Assembly (NCBI GenBank): GCA_050123335.1
Contig: JASFHH010000004.1
Coordinates: forward strand, 3,561-67,560
Direction: 5' to 3'
Source: Gammaproteobacteria bacterium
GTDB lineage: Bacteria > Pseudomonadota > Gammaproteobacteria > UBA12402
Length of the DNA stretch: 64,000 nt
The notes under the pieces were generated by a model. It was not told the DNA's origin. It saw only the letters and a program-made list of their open reading frames with translations, and ran no database searches. Of this stretch, positions 60,805 to 64,000 are shown piece by piece; position 1 is the stretch's first letter, and each line of letters starts with the position of its first letter. The translations under genes were made by a program, and so were the position numbers.

Positions 60805-62157
60805 CTAAATTTTGCAACTTATTTGTTGTTGTTTTAATTCATTCTTAATTTTATCAAACTTGGTTTTTAAATTCTTAAAATAACTACTTTTCTTAACTAT
60901 GAAAATTTTGTTACTACTATTAACCTCATCAAATATAATATTGTTTAAAAATACAAACTTATCATCGTTCGTATTAATAGTCTCGAGTTTGCGTTTTACG
61001 GCATTAAAAAGAGAGTTTCGAATCTTTCCAACAGTTGAAGTGTTAGATTTCGAATTCAAAGCATATTTATATATTCTTTTTACAAAATCATCTTTCAAAT
61101 TAAGATGTCCTGTTTTTGTTAAACTTACTTGTAGTAAATTAGTAAGATATTTCCAGTTTGTTTTTTGCCAAAATTCAGGAAGTGTGTTAACAAGACTATT
61201 TCTTTCTCTACTAACAATTTTATCAGTTTTCTGAAAAAAAATAGAAATTTTTGATGGAAGATTTTTACCATTCTCCTTTTTCTTGATAAAAAAAGCAAAT
61301 GGAATAATATCGTTCTTAATAACATCTAAAGGTATTCCAACCTGTTGCAAGCATCTCATAACAAGAAGTACTGTCGTCATTTGAGCGTTTACTTTTTTTA
61401 CAAAAAGTTCATCAGAAGTAATTTCTTGTCTTAACTTTTGTGCTTTTTGTTTAGATAATTTATTAACCAAAGTATTTCTAGTATTTACAGTTTTTATGTA
61501 AAGATCCAATTCCTTGAGACGTTTTTTATCCTTAGGCACTTGTGATGGAAATTTTTTATCAACAAATTTCATTAATTCTTGTAGTTTTATTTTTTCTGTA
61601 TTCAGCTTTTTCAAATCTTCAACAGGTATTGTGCCTTGCGTTAAGAAAAAGTTTATTGTTATTCCTTGTCTGTGTTTTAGGTGGGTACAATATTTATCTT
61701 TATGGGCTGTTATTTTCCCATTTTCATATGACCTCCCTTCTTCAATCAAAAAAACTCTTACCATTGTCAACAATTTTTTAGCACTTGCTAGTTGCTGCAA
61801 GGTGGTACTGGTATCAAATTTCATTTCTTTCATGTTATTTAATTTTTTGTTTTGAGATTGCCCCTCACCAATAACATACTTTTCAGAAATAGGATCAGAA
61901 TAGAATTCATCTTCAGGAACAGAAGATTGCGGCACACAATAATCATTTGATTCATCAGGATTAGAGATCGTATACAAAGTGAATTTTTTTGGATGTTTGA
62001 TATTTTCACTACGACTGTATGTCTTTATTGTAAAGTAACCTGATGCATCGTTTTTTTTCACTACATCTTCCAGCATATTCTTTAACTTCAAAAACTCATC
62101 CCGAATTTCAACACATATAGCCAACTCAAACCCTTGCTTAAACTCTTTATTAAACAT
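60805..62157 (-). CDS. Lys-rich ORFan, putative effector
   Basis: 450 aa, GAGG RBS, upstream PmrA box, no recognisable domain. Confidence 0.55.
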   Translation of the reverse strand: MFNKEFKQGFELAICVEIRDEFLKLKNMLEDVVKKNDASGYFTIKTYSRSENIKHPKKFTLYTISNPDESNDYCVPQSSVPEDEFYSDPISEKYVIGEGQSQNKKLNNMKEMKFDTSTTLQQLASAKKLLTMVRVFLIEEGRSYENGKITAHKDKYCTHLKHRQGITINFFLTQGTIPVEDLKKLNTEKIKLQELMKFVDKKFPSQVPKDKKRLKELDLYIKTVNTRNTLVNKLSKQKAQKLRQEITSDELFVKKVNAQMTTVLLVMRCLQQVGIPLDVIKNDIIPFAFFIKKKENGKNLPSKISIFFQKTDKIVSRERNSLVNTLPEFWQKTNWKYLTNLLQVSLTKTGHLNLKDDFVKRIYKYALNSKSNTSTVGKIRNSLFNAVKRKLETINTNDDKFVFLNNIIFDEVNSSNKIFIVKKSSYFKNLKTKFDKIKNELKQQQISCKI

Positions 62158-62285
62158 AACATTTACCTCTTGTTTTTTAGTTTGAATTTCATCACCACTT
62201 CAATTCTCACAGAATTGTGTCTGCGGTTTGCTGGTGTTTCTTCGGATGATATTTTCTGCTTATCAGAAAACATAATCATTAACTG

Positions 62286-62318
62286 TATATAGCAAACGAT
62301 TCTTAAGGTTTTCTTAAG
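62286..62318 (-). promoter_or_regulatory. PmrA-type box
   Basis: CTTAAG-AAAAC-CTTAAG-N10-TATATA (weaker -10). Confidence 0.7.
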
Positions 62319-62443
62319 CAGGGATTATTTAACAGAGGAATTCCAAGGTAATTTTTCTAAAATAATATGAAAATCAACAATTTATAATTAAAAAAACAGT
62401 ATTTATTTAACCAAATTTTTATGTCTTTTTTTCTTGACCATAA

Positions 62444-64000
62444 CTAAACCGGCTCCAAGTGCTGTACCAATAACTGCAACTTATAATCACCAAGATATTC
62501 ATTAATTCGCAACCGATAAGCAGCATGTATGTATTGGCAATCCGCATTTGGCCATGCTTTGGTATCGATATTGAATGCAATCGCATCAATGTAACGGGAA
62601 TTAAATTCTAAACGTAATTTTAAGTGTGAACCCCCTACAATTCGCTGCTCTAATACACGAAATTTGTTATCAAACAGTGGCTCATCAAACCCACAACCCC
62701 ACGGAGCTGATGCACTTAATAGTTGCGCCAATTCCATTGAAAAATCATCAACACCAAGCTCTCCATCACTAATTAATTTATATTGTAAATTTTCTGAGCT
62801 AAGATACTTATGCACCGTTTGATCAAACACTTGTGAAAACTTAGTAAAATTACAAGGCTCAATAGTCACACCTGCAGCTTGTGCATGCCCACCAAATTTA
62901 ACCAATAACTCAGGATGATTTAACGCTATTTCATCTAATACTTCACGTATATGCAACCCAGGGATCGATCGTGCCGAACCTTTAAGCTGTTCTTTTTCAT
63001 CCAAAGTAAATACAATCACCGGACGATATAAACGTTCTTTAACTCTTGAGGCTAAAACTCCAACAACTCCTTGATGCCATTTTTCATTTAACAAACATAT
63101 GCCTATCGGCAAATCTTGCTTATCGTTTAAATGACAATCTTCCAAAATAGTCAATGCTTCTCGCTGCATCTTTTTATCAATGCTGCGTCGTTCGTTATTT
63201 AAAGAAGTTAACTGCTTTGCCATTTGCAAAGCATCATATTTATTTTTAGTTAATAAACAAGCAACTCCTAATGACATATCTTCCAAGCGTCCAGCCGCAT
63301 TTAAACGCGGGCATACCAAATAACTTAAATCACTGGTAGTTAAATTAGCTTGGTCACAATTAGTAAATTGCAACAATGCATCTATTCCTGCACAACATTT
63401 TCCTGCCTGGATTCTACGTAAGCCTTGATATACTAAAATACGATTATTATGATCTAAAGTTACTACATCTGCTACTGTACCTAAGGCTACCAAATCCAAA
63501 TGATCTGCTAAATTAGGTTCACGAATATTTTGCAAAATAAACCAACTTTCTTCGCGCAATTTAGCACGTAATGCTAACAACAAATAAAACGCAACCCCAA
63601 CACCTGCAAGATTTTTACTTGAAAATTGGTCATTTGGTTGATTAGGATTAATAATTGCAACAGCATCAGGTAACTTGCTGCCAGCTAAATGATGATCGGT
63701 AACAATTACATCTATATCAAATTGCCGAGCTTTATTCACTCCTTCAACATTTGCAATACCGTTATCAACTGTAATAATTAAATGTGGATTATGCTGCGTC
63801 GCCAGTTCAACAATTTTGGGAGTCAGACCATAACCATGAGTAAAACGATCTGGAATTAAATATTCAACATTTTCAGCGCCAAACTCACGCAGTACTTTGA
63901 TCATTAACGCAGCACTAGTTGCGCCATCAACATCATAATCACCAACAACCAAAATTCTCTGCTGCTGTTGTAATGCCTGATATAACCGCATCACAGCTTT
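62444..64000 (-). CDS. recJ: ssDNA exonuclease RecJ (5'-truncated by window edge)
   Basis: GDYDVDG, TVDNG, TDHH, LGTVAD, PRLNAAGRL, GSARS, FGGH. Confidence 0.96.
   Translation of the reverse strand, partial: KAVMRLYQALQQQQRILVVGDYDVDGATSAALMIKVLREFGAENVEYLIPDRFTHGYGLTPKIVELATQHNPHLIITVDNGIANVEGVNKARQFDIDVIVTDHHLAGSKLPDAVAIINPNQPNDQFSSKNLAGVGVAFYLLLALRAKLREESWFILQNIREPNLADHLDLVALGTVADVVTLDHNNRILVYQGLRRIQAGKCCAGIDALLQFTNCDQANLTTSDLSYLVCPRLNAAGRLEDMSLGVACLLTKNKYDALQMAKQLTSLNNERRSIDKKMQREALTILEDCHLNDKQDLPIGICLLNEKWHQGVVGVLASRVKERLYRPVIVFTLDEKEQLKGSARSIPGLHIREVLDEIALNHPELLVKFGGHAQAAGVTIEPCNFTKFSQVFDQTVHKYLSSENLQYKLISDGELGVDDFSMELAQLLSASAPWGCGFDEPLFDNKFRVLEQRIVGGSHLKLRLEFNSRYIDAIAFNIDTKAWPNADCQYIHAAYRLRINEYLGDYKLQLLVQHLEPV

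Noticed and set aside
60805-60820. CaaX motif on the 450-aa ORFan
   Set aside because: Ends SCKI with Cys at -3, not -4.

Overview
A low-GC gammaproteobacterial chromosome segment, most likely from a Coxiellales/Legionellales-like host-associated lineage. That assignment is inferred from Pht-type MFS transporters, PmrA boxes and effector-like ORFans. Genes are mostly on the + strand up to about 27.7 kb and mostly on the - strand after it, so the window probably spans the replication terminus. At the switch lies a 6.8-kb locus with three dif-like tyrosine-recombinase sites. It holds a Tn554-type tnpABC, an intact non-XerCD recombinase immediately behind one site, a Rap1a-like protein, and an Mrr-type nuclease fused to a catalytically altered copy of that recombinase. 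Other highlights follow. (1) Three integrase-free islets are each bracketed by a duplicated 3' end of the host gene (adk, tRNA-Glu, nagZ) and carry effector-like ORFans. (2) Four CTTAAG-N5-STTAAG PmrA-box promoters with a fixed 10-bp spacing sit in front of ORFans, three of which end in eukaryotic sorting motifs. One of these is a putative ADP-ribosyltransferase. (3) The nagZ islet gene is a CaaX-tailed divergent poly(A)-polymerase-like protein with no PmrA box. (4) Three amino-acid transporters have leader-peptide attenuators (Met, Ile/Leu/Val, Trp). (5) An FMN riboswitch carries a 158-bp palindrome insertion. (6) A family of palindromic elements shares a core but has unrelated arms. (7) There is a choline/carnitine-acyltransferase plus PLP-decarboxylase operon, and NfnAB. 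All calls are from visual motif recognition; no database searches were run.
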